Below are positions 1-8,868 of a DNA stretch of 64,000 nt, in pieces. The DNA is taken from NCBI GenBank assembly GCA_029266615.1, contig JAQSWN010000010.1:1472-65471 (forward strand), written 5' to 3'. A model generated the notes under the pieces. That model was not told where the DNA came from. It ran no database searches and saw only the letters and a list, made by a program, of their open reading frames with translations. The translations under genes and the position numbers were made by a program. This DNA is from Polyangiaceae bacterium. GTDB lineage: Bacteria; Myxococcota_A; Polyangia; Polyangiales; Polyangiaceae. How positions within the stretch are numbered: position 1 is the first letter of the stretch; every line of letters begins with the position of its first letter.

Positions 1-549
1 ACGACGTGCAGGAGCTCCAATCCAGGCGACTGCAAGCCCTACACCACCCCCGGGGGGCAGCCGCTCGTCTCGACGCTTCCGCCAGCGGCTGTGAGTTGCC
101 GCCAGCCGGTGCGTTGGCGCAACAAGCAGGAGTGCAGTATCGTTTCTGGCGCCGGCGGCAAAGCCGGTGATTACGGGACGGAGTACGACTGGTTGGGCTT
201 CTTCTACAGTATCAATCGGCCCACGGTGGCCACCACACCACGCGTCACGACCAGCGACCTCTGGCTCGTGTATCGCCACGCCTGCACGCAGGCCGACGCA
301 CCGATCGGAGCGCCGCCGAAGCCGACGCCGGACATGTGCAAGACTCGGCACTTCGTCTGGGACGCTTCGAGCACCACGGCCACTCCGTTCGTTGCAAGGC
401 TGCCCAACGGCCAAGCCGAGACTCGGCAAGTCGGCGGCTTCGTTCAAGGGTTGGACGCCAAATATGCCGCGGACCCGACGACCCGAGACAAAGCCCGGGC
501 TGACGCCGACCTTTTCGGTGTCAGCGCGGACACGAGTGCGCTTCCATGA
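1..549 (+). CDS. 5'-partial hypothetical protein, C-terminus of a probably secreted Cys-containing protein
   Basis: Frame 1 is open from base 1 (TTCRSSNPGDCKPY...) to TGA at 547-549. The stop overlaps the next ATG (ATGA, 546-549). Confidence 0.7.
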   Translation, partial: TTCRSSNPGDCKPYTTPGGQPLVSTLPPAAVSCRQPVRWRNKQECSIVSGAGGKAGDYGTEYDWLGFFYSINRPTVATTPRVTTSDLWLVYRHACTQADAPIGAPPKPTPDMCKTRHFVWDASSTTATPFVARLPNGQAETRQVGGFVQGLDAKYAADPTTRDKARADADLFGVSADTSALP

Positions 550-1661
550 CACTAGCCGCCCTCCTTCTAGCCGTGCTCGTGCTTGGTTGCTCCAAGTCGT
601 CATCGACGCCCTCAACGCTGGCGACGGCCGGTGAATCAACGATGCCGCTTGGTGGCGCTGAGACGGGAGCGGGAGGTGCGGGCGCGGCCGCTGAGAGTAA
701 CCAGGGTGGGACTCCCTCGGGCACTGCGGGCGCGCCGGTCGTGCCGCCGGATGACTACGACGACAGAGGCTGCGAGCACCCAACCATCGTCAAGAACTGC
801 ACGGACGGGTGGTGCACGGTGCCGCCAGGTTGCTTCATCATGGGCTCACCGGACCACGAATGGGGCCATCCCCCGCAGGAGAAGCGAGTGAAGGTGACGC
901 TCACGCGCGGTTTCGTGATCGGCCAGCACGAGGTCACGAACGAGCAGTGGGCAGCATTCAAGCTGGCAAACCCAGGAACAGTGATCGCTGAGGGACAGTC
1001 TGCCGGAATCGGCGACTGCAGCGATCCCGAATGCCCGGTGGGTAACGTGACGTGGTTCGAAGCCGTTTCGTACGCCAACCTGCTCTCGGAGAAGGAAGGC
1101 TTGCCTGAATGCTACGAGCTCACGGGTTGCGTCAACAGTCTCGGCGCAAAGCCTGTGGGCCTGGTGTGTGAAGGTTTCAAGATCACGACGAAGAGCATCT
1201 ACGACTGCGAAGGTTACCGTCTGCCTACGGACCCCGAGTGGGAGTACGCGGCGCGCGCTGGTACGCGGACGGCGTTCTACTCGGGAGACATCGTCACGAG
1301 AGTAGAATCCGGCGTGTGCGTGGAAGAGCCTGGGCTCAACGGCGCCGCCTGGTACTGCTTCAACGCCGGTAAGCTGATCAAGCCCGTGGGTCGGCTATCG
1401 CCGAATGCGTGGGGCCTGTTCGACACGCTCGGCAACGTCGCCGAATGGTCTCACGATCAGAGCGGCTGGGTCCCCAGCCAGGCCACATTGACGGACCCCG
1501 ACCAGACGATCGACTCTGGCCAGTCTCGAGATCGACGAGGGGGGCCGCAATATGGCTGGCCCAGCCTCTGTCGTGTAGGGGCGCGCCTCGGCTTGTCAGC
1601 AGCATCAGCGTCGCCCGGCACCGGCTTTCGCCTCGTAAAGACCACGAGATCGGAACACTAA
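546..1661 (+). CDS. FGE-sulfatase (SUMF1/EgtB/PvdO, C-type lectin fold) domain lipoprotein, copy 1
   Basis: Lipobox LVLGC and Gly/Ala linker. Motifs GCFIMGS, HEVT, PVGNVTWFEA, YRLPTDPEWEYAARAG, PNAWGLFDTLGNVAEW, GFRLVKT. Confidence 0.92.
   Translation: MTLAALLLAVLVLGCSKSSSTPSTLATAGESTMPLGGAETGAGGAGAAAESNQGGTPSGTAGAPVVPPDDYDDRGCEHPTIVKNCTDGWCTVPPGCFIMGSPDHEWGHPPQEKRVKVTLTRGFVIGQHEVTNEQWAAFKLANPGTVIAEGQSAGIGDCSDPECPVGNVTWFEAVSYANLLSEKEGLPECYELTGCVNSLGAKPVGLVCEGFKITTKSIYDCEGYRLPTDPEWEYAARAGTRTAFYSGDIVTRVESGVCVEEPGLNGAAWYCFNAGKLIKPVGRLSPNAWGLFDTLGNVAEWSHDQSGWVPSQATLTDPDQTIDSGQSRDRRGGPQYGWPSLCRVGARLGLSAASASPGTGFRLVKTTRSEH
573..785 (+). repeat. Direct repeat, with the second copy at 2967-3179 (offset 2394)
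   Basis: By-eye alignment shows 3 mismatches in about 213 bp covering the signal peptide and linker of copies 1 and 3. Confidence 0.85.
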
Positions 1662-1799
1662 GGTCGTGAGCCAAACCCTGCGCAAAGTGGCCGGCTTCCG
1701 CCAGGGCTTAGGAGCGGGGTACGCCGCCAACCTGCTCGCGCCGCGGGGTGACGACGCAAGTCACCCTCTCGGCGTGGGGAGCGAGACGACCTCATTGCC

Positions 1800-2879
1800 A
1801 TGAAGCGCGCGCTGTCTCTATGCGCTTTGGTTGCCGCGTGCTCTCAGGAGGCCGCGCAGGCGACGCCGCCAGCATCGAGCATGGCCCACGGCGGTCAGCG
1901 CGACAGCATGGACGCGGCAGCTGGAGATGTCGGCGCCGCAACGGCGGCAGGAGCGGGCGCCGCCGCCGAAGCCGGCCAGCCCACCTTCCCGGACTCGTTC
2001 GACGACAGCGGCTGCGTGCATCCGCAAGTCGACGCCAAGTGCAACGGCGGCTGGTGCACGCTCCCTTCCGGCTGTTTCGTCATGGGATCGCCCGAGTCCG
2101 AGTGGGAGCACGCACCGCAGGAGCGGCGAGTGAACGTCACGCTCACGCACGGCTTTATCATCTCCGAGCATGAGGTAACCCAAGCCGAGTGGTTGGCTGC
2201 CAAGCTGCCCAACCCCAGCAAGGTCGCGGATGGTCAAGGCGACTGCGCGGGGGCGGCTTGCCCAGTTGGGAACGTCAACTGGTTCGAGGCGGCGTCGTAC
2301 GCGAACCTGTTGTCCGAAGAGGAGGGGCTGTCCCCTTGCTACGAGCTCAAAGGCTGCTCCGGCGCTATCGGCAAAGACCCGTCTGGCTTGGTGTGTGAAG
2401 ACTTCAGTGTCGGCAGCAGGACGATCTACGACTGCCCGGGCTATCGTTTGCCGACCGACTCGGAGTGGGAGTACGCGGCTCGGGCCGGCAGTCGCACCGC
2501 CTACTACGCGGGCGACATCACGACTCGCGGCGCGGTAGGCGTGTGCGCCACTGAGCCGGAGCTGGAGAACATTGCGTGGTACTGCTCGAACGCTGGCGCA
2601 GCCACGCGTGAGGTGCGCAAGCTAAAAGCCAACGCCTGGGGCTTGTTCGACATGCTGGGCAACGCGATGGAGTGGGCGCACGATCAGAGTGGCTGGGTGC
2701 CGACTGCATCGAGCCTCACGGACCCTGATCAAAGCTACGGTGCTGGCCAGGGTCGCAACACGCGCGGAGGCGGCTACTTTGGTTGGCCTGGTGCCTGTCG
2801 CGCCGCAGCACGCGTCGGGCTCTCTGCTACCTTCCGTACCCCCGGCCTCGGCTTTCGCCTCGTGCGCACCTTACCCTAA
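1800..2879 (+). CDS. FGE-sulfatase domain lipoprotein, copy 2
   Basis: Lipobox LVAAC. Motifs RLPTDSEWEYAARAG, NAWGLFDMLGNAMEW, RGGG, GFRLVRT. Confidence 0.92.
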   Translation: MKRALSLCALVAACSQEAAQATPPASSMAHGGQRDSMDAAAGDVGAATAAGAGAAAEAGQPTFPDSFDDSGCVHPQVDAKCNGGWCTLPSGCFVMGSPESEWEHAPQERRVNVTLTHGFIISEHEVTQAEWLAAKLPNPSKVADGQGDCAGAACPVGNVNWFEAASYANLLSEEEGLSPCYELKGCSGAIGKDPSGLVCEDFSVGSRTIYDCPGYRLPTDSEWEYAARAGSRTAYYAGDITTRGAVGVCATEPELENIAWYCSNAGAATREVRKLKANAWGLFDMLGNAMEWAHDQSGWVPTASSLTDPDQSYGAGQGRNTRGGGYFGWPGACRAAARVGLSATFRTPGLGFRLVRTLP

Positions 2880-2939
2880 CCCCAGCTTTCTCTTCGACGC
2901 CCATGCTTTGTCCGGGAAGCTTCGACGGGAACCGTCTCC

Positions 2940-4061
2940 ATGGCAGCAGCTGCGATCCTCCTAGCGGTGCTCGTGCTTGGTTGCTCCAAGTCGTCATCGA
3001 CGCCCTCAGCGCTGGCGACGGCCGGTGAATCAACGATGCCTCTTGGTGGCGCTGAGACGGGAGCGGGAGGTGCGGGCGCGGCCGCTGAGAGTAACCAGGG
3101 TGGGACTCCCTCGGGCACCGCGGGCGCGCCGGTCGTGCCGCCGGATGACTACGACGACAGAGGCTGCGAGCACCCAACCGTTGTCGAGAACTGCACGGAC
3201 GGGTGGTGCACGGTGCCGCCTGGATGTTTCATCATGGGCTCACCGGAGCACGAATGGGGCCATCCTCCGCAAGAGAAGCGAGTGAAAGTCACGCTCACGC
3301 GTGGGTTCGTGATCGGCCAGCACGAGGTTACGAATCGCCAGTGGGCGGCATTCAAGCTCGTGAATCCAGGCAGGGTGATTGACAGTGGCCCGAGCGCCGG
3401 CATCGGCGACTGCAGCGAACCGGCCTGTCCAGTTGGTAACGTCACGTGGTTCGAAGCTGTGTCCTACGCAAACCTCCTCTCAGATAGGGAAGGCCTGCCC
3501 CGGTGCTATGAGCTCACGGGTTGCGTCAACAGCATCGGCGCAAAACCTGTGGGCCTCGTGTGTCAAGATTTCAAGATGGCGGCGAAGACCATCTACGACT
3601 GCCAAGGCTACCGTTTGCCCACGGACCCTGAGTGGGAATACGCCGCGCGCGCGGCTACTCGCACTGCGTTTTACTCCGGAGACATCACCACCCGAGAAGA
3701 GTCTGGCGTGTGCGTGGAGGAGCCGTCTCTCAACGGCATCGCTTGGTACTGCTACAACGCGGGGAAGCTGACGAAGCGCGTCGCTCAGCTAGCGCCGAAC
3801 GCTTGGGGCCTGTTCGATATGATCGGAAATGCCGCCGAATGGTCCCACGACCAGAGCGGCTGGATCCCGACCGCCGACGCGCTGACGGACCCGGATCAAA
3901 GCTATGGCCCGGGGCAATCGCGTGACACACGTGGCTGTCCGCAATTCGGGTGGCCAAACCTGTGCCGAGTCGCTCTCCGACTGGGCACATCGGCCGGCTT
4001 TGCCTCGCCTGGTACCGGCTTCCGCTTAGTCAGAACGTTGCCGACTGACGTGGAGGAATAG
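2940..4061 (+). CDS. FGE-sulfatase domain lipoprotein, copy 3
   Basis: Lipobox LVLGC and the same motif set. The 5' end is nearly identical to copy 1. Confidence 0.92.
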   Translation: MAAAAILLAVLVLGCSKSSSTPSALATAGESTMPLGGAETGAGGAGAAAESNQGGTPSGTAGAPVVPPDDYDDRGCEHPTVVENCTDGWCTVPPGCFIMGSPEHEWGHPPQEKRVKVTLTRGFVIGQHEVTNRQWAAFKLVNPGRVIDSGPSAGIGDCSEPACPVGNVTWFEAVSYANLLSDREGLPRCYELTGCVNSIGAKPVGLVCQDFKMAAKTIYDCQGYRLPTDPEWEYAARAATRTAFYSGDITTREESGVCVEEPSLNGIAWYCYNAGKLTKRVAQLAPNAWGLFDMIGNAAEWSHDQSGWIPTADALTDPDQSYGPGQSRDTRGCPQFGWPNLCRVALRLGTSAGFASPGTGFRLVRTLPTDVEE

Positions 4062-4150
4062 GAGCACCGTGCCGTGCGCCCCCTGCGTGCGCCGAGACGC
4101 AGGCAAGGGCGCGGAACGGTACGCGGAGATGCGGACTTGGGACCGCCGCC

Positions 4151-5476
4151 TCAGGGAGAGAGTAGGAAGTCGCGCGTCTCGCTATGGGAGATGCTCGTGG
4201 GGACTTCGTAATAGATGTGATTGTCGTCCTCCAAGACTCGCGCGGCTTCCTCGGTCGATGCCGAGGGGGTGACGGCGGCCACGCTCCAAGAGCCGCTCGG
4301 GTTGTCCCCGATCCAGTAGACGCCGAGCGACGATAGATCGGGAAGTCTCGTGTGACTCTCACCCGTGAGCTCCGAAATCTGCCAGCCGTTGATCGTCCAA
4401 TTCACCACGGAGACACGCGCCGCGGGCGGCGCGACCCACGAGAACTCTTGAGTCGTGCTCAGCCACTCGACGCTCTCCGCCGGCTCCAGCAACTCCACGC
4501 GCGCTGGGACCGCGAGCTCGACCGAAGGCGACTGTCGCAACGGCGCGGTCACGCTGCCACTGCCATCGAAGAAGTAAGCACTGAGTCGCAGGAAAGTCTC
4601 TCGGCCCAGCTCCGGCACGGTGACGCGGTTGTCGCCCGCGCTGAGCCGAACCGGCGTCACGATCCCTTCCATATTGATCGAACTCCCGACGAGGTAAGCG
4701 CCTTCTACTCCGCTGATCGCCGCGGTGTAGCTACGCTCCGCGACTGGAGCGAGGGTAAGGTCGGTTGCTCCGTTGTCGCCTTCGAGGCTGCCCAGCTCCG
4801 TGCCATTCTGAAAGGTCAGCCCCGGCTGGAAAGCAAAGCCCGTGTAGTGGAGTGGGCCTGCTTCATCCGCCGTGTACTGAAGGGCCCACAAGTCAGTCGT
4901 GAGCGTGGGCCGGCCGAACCAGCCGACCGTAAACGCATACGCACTCTCTCCTGGGCTTCCGTACCAGCCGCCGAACCGCTGCCGCTGCGAGATGAGGCCC
5001 ACTTGGGTGGTCACTCCCTCGGGCAACGGCACGCCCACGCCGCCGCTGAGGCGACCCTGAATCCACCCGCTGCGGTACTGGCCTCCCCCGAGGAAACGCA
5101 GGTCTGGCGACCGAGTCGTCATTCCCCGGAAGATGCGCACGTAACGGTTCGGCTGATCGATCAGGGTGAGGTCGTACGTCTCGGGGACGTCCGCGAACGA
5201 GAACTCACCGTCTTCGTCCGTCGCGGTCACCTCGTTATCGATGATGACGGCGATGAGCGGCGCCGGGTCTTCGAGGCTCGCTCTAATACGACCGTGAACG
5301 GCGCTACGGCCTGGCTCGCTGGCGCTGCCGCCGACCGATCCGGCCGCGCCCGCGGCTCCGCCGTGCGTCGAGTCGCTGCCGCCCGCGCCTCCGCCCGGAG
5401 GATCGGGGTCCACCACGCCACCGCAAGCAACGGATAGGCAGAGCACAGAGCTGCACGCGACGGAAACGAAGCGCAT
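4151..5476 (-). CDS. Lipoprotein with a carboxypeptidase-regulatory-like/Ig-like N-terminal domain
   Basis: Start MRFVSVACSSVLCLSVAC (lipobox), Gly-rich linker, TATDEDGEFSFADVPETYDLT motif. Confidence 0.75.
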   Translation of the reverse strand: MRFVSVACSSVLCLSVACGGVVDPDPPGGGAGGSDSTHGGAAGAAGSVGGSASEPGRSAVHGRIRASLEDPAPLIAVIIDNEVTATDEDGEFSFADVPETYDLTLIDQPNRYVRIFRGMTTRSPDLRFLGGGQYRSGWIQGRLSGGVGVPLPEGVTTQVGLISQRQRFGGWYGSPGESAYAFTVGWFGRPTLTTDLWALQYTADEAGPLHYTGFAFQPGLTFQNGTELGSLEGDNGATDLTLAPVAERSYTAAISGVEGAYLVGSSINMEGIVTPVRLSAGDNRVTVPELGRETFLRLSAYFFDGSGSVTAPLRQSPSVELAVPARVELLEPAESVEWLSTTQEFSWVAPPAARVSVVNWTINGWQISELTGESHTRLPDLSSLGVYWIGDNPSGSWSVAAVTPSASTEEAARVLEDDNHIYYEVPTSISHSETRDFLLSP

Positions 5477-5621
5477 GGGGGAGCGACTCCTTTTACGGCA
5501 GCTTCCCACGAAGTGTCTGGGCGCCGCAACGAGCGCTATCGTCATAGTCGCCGTCACGATCGGGGCATCCATGCATCTGGCGGGGTTGGGTGTCACGCCG
5601 ATGAGGCGGTGATGATCGGTT

Positions 5622-5880
5622 GTAACCGATCCACCGAGCCCATCTCACGTCGGCTGACGGCTCGATCGAAAAGGGCATGCGCACAAGTACACGGCCGAGC
5701 AGCGGGAGAAATCGGTTGAGGAGGTACGAGCGACGGGGGCTCGCGTCGTCGACCTCGCGAAGAAGATGGGCATCGCGCCGCGGGCCCCGTACGTCTGGCT
5801 GAAGCGGTCTTCGCCTGCGGCGTCGGCACCGAGCGCGCCGGTGTTCGCCAGGGTGGTGCCGGCGCAACCGCCAACGGCTC
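5622..5880 (+). mobile_element. tnpA: IS66-family left-end relic with frameshifted TnpA (HTH) fragment
   Basis: Begins GTAACCGATCCACCGAGCC, and IS66 ends start with GTAA. It is followed by HKYTAEQREKSVEEVRATGARVVDLAKKMGI...YVWLK...PVFARVVP. The ATG at 5677 is out of frame, and no tnpB/tnpC follows. Confidence 0.7.
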
Positions 5881-6231
5881 ACCGCTTCAGCTTGATCGCC
5901 TGAACGTCAGGAATGATTGGGCGCTGCGGCTAACCTTCCCGCCCCACCGCGAAGCGGTCATAGGTATCGGCGATCGACGTAAAGAAGCTGGTTGCCGCTA
6001 CGATGGTAATGCGCTCATCGATATCTCCCACCCCGTTCACGGACGACCTCGACGGAAGCGAAGCGTCGTTGGGGCACGCTGTCGAGGCTGCTTCCGCGAT
6101 GCGGGCGTCAAGCAGCTGCCGTATCCGCTAAAGCTCGCGCATCATTTCTCGCGGATGGCCACCCGTAGCGCCCGATCGCAAAGGTTACTTCAGAGCGCGT
6201 CCCTTGCTCAAAAGCCAGGTGGCCGCGCCAG

Positions 6232-6978
6232 TCACCGGGCCGCGGCGTGACTAGTAGACGCCAGGTCTTGCCCGGCTCCCTCGAGGACCACGCGCAAGCC
6301 GGACGCCAGACGATAGCCGCGCTTTGGACTTGATTCGATGACAGCCCCCGCGGACCGCAGCTTCTTGCGCAGCCCTGAAACGTACTTCCAGACTAGCGCC
6401 GTACCACCCGCGTCCTGACGTTGAAATACGTCGCGCAAGATCGCACGAGCCGAGCGCCAACTGCCACGCATCGCCACCAAATACGAAATCAGGAGGCACT
6501 CGCCTGTTGCTAGGATGACCTCTTGATCAAGGCCGTGCACCGTGCCGTCAAGGCTAACGAAGAGCTCCGGCGGAGCGGGCGTTGGTGCGGCAACGGCGCG
6601 AGATGCCAATATCGCCACCACAGCCGAAATTTGGCCGTGATCGACGACGAGCAAGCGGCGTTCATGCGCCTCGACGAGTAACCTTGCATCCGGCTTCGAC
6701 ACGGCCAGGATGCCGGTACGCAAGGAGCTGCCCGTACCGGCGAGCCGTAGTAGGCGCGACAGCTGTCGAGCATCCGCTCCGTTTGCCCGGCCATCGAGCA
6801 CCAGAAATCCGATGCGACCGCCATCACACTGAAGCAAGCGCCTGGCGTCGCGCAGCGTAGCAAAAGTTGGGCGCTCGCTCGAACGAGTGGGCCACGTAGC
6901 GCTTAACTCCTGGTCCTCGCTGACCACCAGAGTATTCAGCCTGCCTGCCACAACCCCGCCCCAGTCCACTCCGGCCAT
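6232..6978 (-). CDS. Transcriptional regulator with a C-terminal OmpR-type winged helix and a degenerate receiver-like N-terminus
   Basis: C-terminal LATGECLLISYL...VWKYVSGLRKKL...IESSPKRGYRL (trans_reg_C pattern). Confidence 0.75.
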   Translation of the reverse strand: MAGVDWGGVVAGRLNTLVVSEDQELSATWPTRSSERPTFATLRDARRLLQCDGGRIGFLVLDGRANGADARQLSRLLRLAGTGSSLRTGILAVSKPDARLLVEAHERRLLVVDHGQISAVVAILASRAVAAPTPAPPELFVSLDGTVHGLDQEVILATGECLLISYLVAMRGSWRSARAILRDVFQRQDAGGTALVWKYVSGLRKKLRSAGAVIESSPKRGYRLASGLRVVLEGAGQDLASTSHAAAR

Positions 6979-7041
6979 GTCGCCTCAGTTTGTGCGTCAG
7001 CTGCCTGCACGTCAAGGTGAGGTGCCGACGGGTCACTCAGC

Positions 7042-7575
7042 TCAAAAGGGCGACTGAGTGACGTCGACTTTCAGCCGCCCTTCATTGACCGCTGACGCGA
7101 AGCGCTGATGAAGATCGAACACGTCATCTTGCGTCAGCCTTGGAATGAGGGAGTGGAGTGCCGATGCATTCGCGTCCGTCCAATGCTTGTCGCGCACGGC
7201 CTCGTCCAACACACGCAGAGTTTGATCGAAGGCGTCGATGTTGTCCTGGGTACGCGGGTCCGGCTCAGGTAAAGGACTGGCGTCGGGCGTGGCGACGGTG
7301 TCAGGCGCCGATGAGGGGCAATGCTCAGCGGTGGCGCGGCCGGGTCCTGCTTGCAAGAGGGGTGTGACGAGCTGGCCCGCGGAAACGTTACGACCGAGCC
7401 GCGCCGGCTCATCGCCGCCAGTCGCAAAATCGCTCGTGTGGTGGACTACCTCTTCACGAGCTTGTTTCAGCGCCGCAAGCAAGCGGGCGCGTTCCTCCAC
7501 ACTCCACTGCAGCCCCGCCGTAAAACCAGCGCCGACCGCAAGCGCCACGGCGAGCCCGATGCGCCAACGCGTCAT
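7042..7575 (-). CDS. Hypothetical membrane-anchored protein with a helical C-terminal domain
   Basis: N-terminal hydrophobic segment, Pro-rich linker and helical C-terminus (HWTDANASALHSLIPRL...AVNEGRLKVD). Confidence 0.65.
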   Translation of the reverse strand: MTRWRIGLAVALAVGAGFTAGLQWSVEERARLLAALKQAREEVVHHTSDFATGGDEPARLGRNVSAGQLVTPLLQAGPGRATAEHCPSSAPDTVATPDASPLPEPDPRTQDNIDAFDQTLRVLDEAVRDKHWTDANASALHSLIPRLTQDDVFDLHQRFASAVNEGRLKVDVTQSPF

Positions 7576-7728
7576 TACGGATGACACGAGCGCTGCGTAC
7601 CACGGTTGCGGCTATCGAGAAACGTGCGCTCATCCAATTCAGGAGGATTTCAGGGAAAGCACGGGCATTCACCTTAAATGGTCGAGCGCCGTAGGAGGTC
7701 TTGCGGCGACACTCGAGGGAGAGAGAAC

Positions 7729-8436
7729 ATGAAGTTTGTCTTGCCGTGCACGCTCGCTGCGGCAATCGCGGCTGTTTGCTGGTCGACCGGTGCGAGCGCC
7801 GCGTACAGCGCATCCGCCGGTGGCTGGACTGAAGTCATCGGATGTCCAACTTCGTCGTGGAGTTCCTATCACTGGGGGCACGCGCAAACCGCGTGGGGCA
7901 GTCGCGGTGCGTGGGTTTCGTATGACTCTGGTACGCCGTGGTGGACCTATGCCCACGCGGGCGGCGGCGGCACCGACTGCGATCAGTGGGCCAACGGCTC
8001 GTTGATTGGTGGAGCCACCTACGTTCCCGGTTCGCCTTCGGTGCCGCAGAACGTAAACGTGACCGTCTCGACGTTCTGGTACGACTTCAATCAACCTTCT
8101 AGCTGGACCGACTCGACTAAATGCGGGCACCAGCATGCCTCGAGCTATGTGTGGGGTTGGCGCTACCTTGGCAGCTCGTGGGCGTTCGAGTTCGTTAAAG
8201 CACATCAAACCACGACGTATTGGGATGCCGCCGCCGGCCGATGCAAGATGAAAGCGGCCGGCAACCCGTCATATCCGCCTCCGTTCGACGGCTACGCTTT
8301 TGGCCCCGAAGTGATTACCATCAACAACTCGCCGTACGCGGTACTCTATACCAAGACTCAAGCATCGAGCCACTATAACGCCGGCTGCGGTCAATTCGAG
8401 TGCTTCCACCGCGTGCTGGCCATCGCTTCGTATTGA
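7729..8436 (+). CDS. Secreted Trp/Tyr/Cys-rich hypothetical protein
   Basis: GAGGGAGAG RBS and signal peptide MKFVLPCTLAAAIAAVCWSTGASA. Codon use looks typical. Confidence 0.8.
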   Translation: MKFVLPCTLAAAIAAVCWSTGASAAYSASAGGWTEVIGCPTSSWSSYHWGHAQTAWGSRGAWVSYDSGTPWWTYAHAGGGGTDCDQWANGSLIGGATYVPGSPSVPQNVNVTVSTFWYDFNQPSSWTDSTKCGHQHASSYVWGWRYLGSSWAFEFVKAHQTTTYWDAAAGRCKMKAAGNPSYPPPFDGYAFGPEVITINNSPYAVLYTKTQASSHYNAGCGQFECFHRVLAIASY

Positions 8437-8490
8437 GCGCCTGAGATTGCCTCAGTTGATGAGGCCATTGCATCGCGACCATCCGGGACT

Positions 8491-8868
8491 CTATCTGACG
8501 CCAGCGGCGACGCTGGCGTCGTACTGGGCACGCGCGGCCTCACACTCGGACATGTGCTCAGCCGTGTAGCCGAAGCCGAGGCACTTCTGTACTAGGGGCG
8601 GCAGACGCAGACAGTCGCGCATGAAGACTTCGCGTGGCGCCGGCTTGAGCGGCGGAAACTGACCGGTATCGAGATCCTTCGGCATGTTCGCCATCGCAGC
8701 GTTCGTCTGTACATAAGCGTCGCTGCAGGCACGGGTATCGACGGCGAGGCTCGGCGCGTCAGATGGCACCGGAGAGCTAAGCCGCGTGTCCAGCGCTTCG
8801 CTCGGTGCGCGCGTGCAAGCGAAAGCGGAGGCCAAGATTGCGATTGTTGCAACGCTGCTCAACGACAT
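8491..8868 (-). CDS. Small hypothetical lipoprotein with four Cys in the mature domain
   Basis: MSLSSVATIAILASAFAC lipobox. The start overlaps the end of the upstream gene. Confidence 0.65.
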   Translation of the reverse strand: MSLSSVATIAILASAFACTRAPSEALDTRLSSPVPSDAPSLAVDTRACSDAYVQTNAAMANMPKDLDTGQFPPLKPAPREVFMRDCLRLPPLVQKCLGFGYTAEHMSECEAARAQYDASVAAGVR

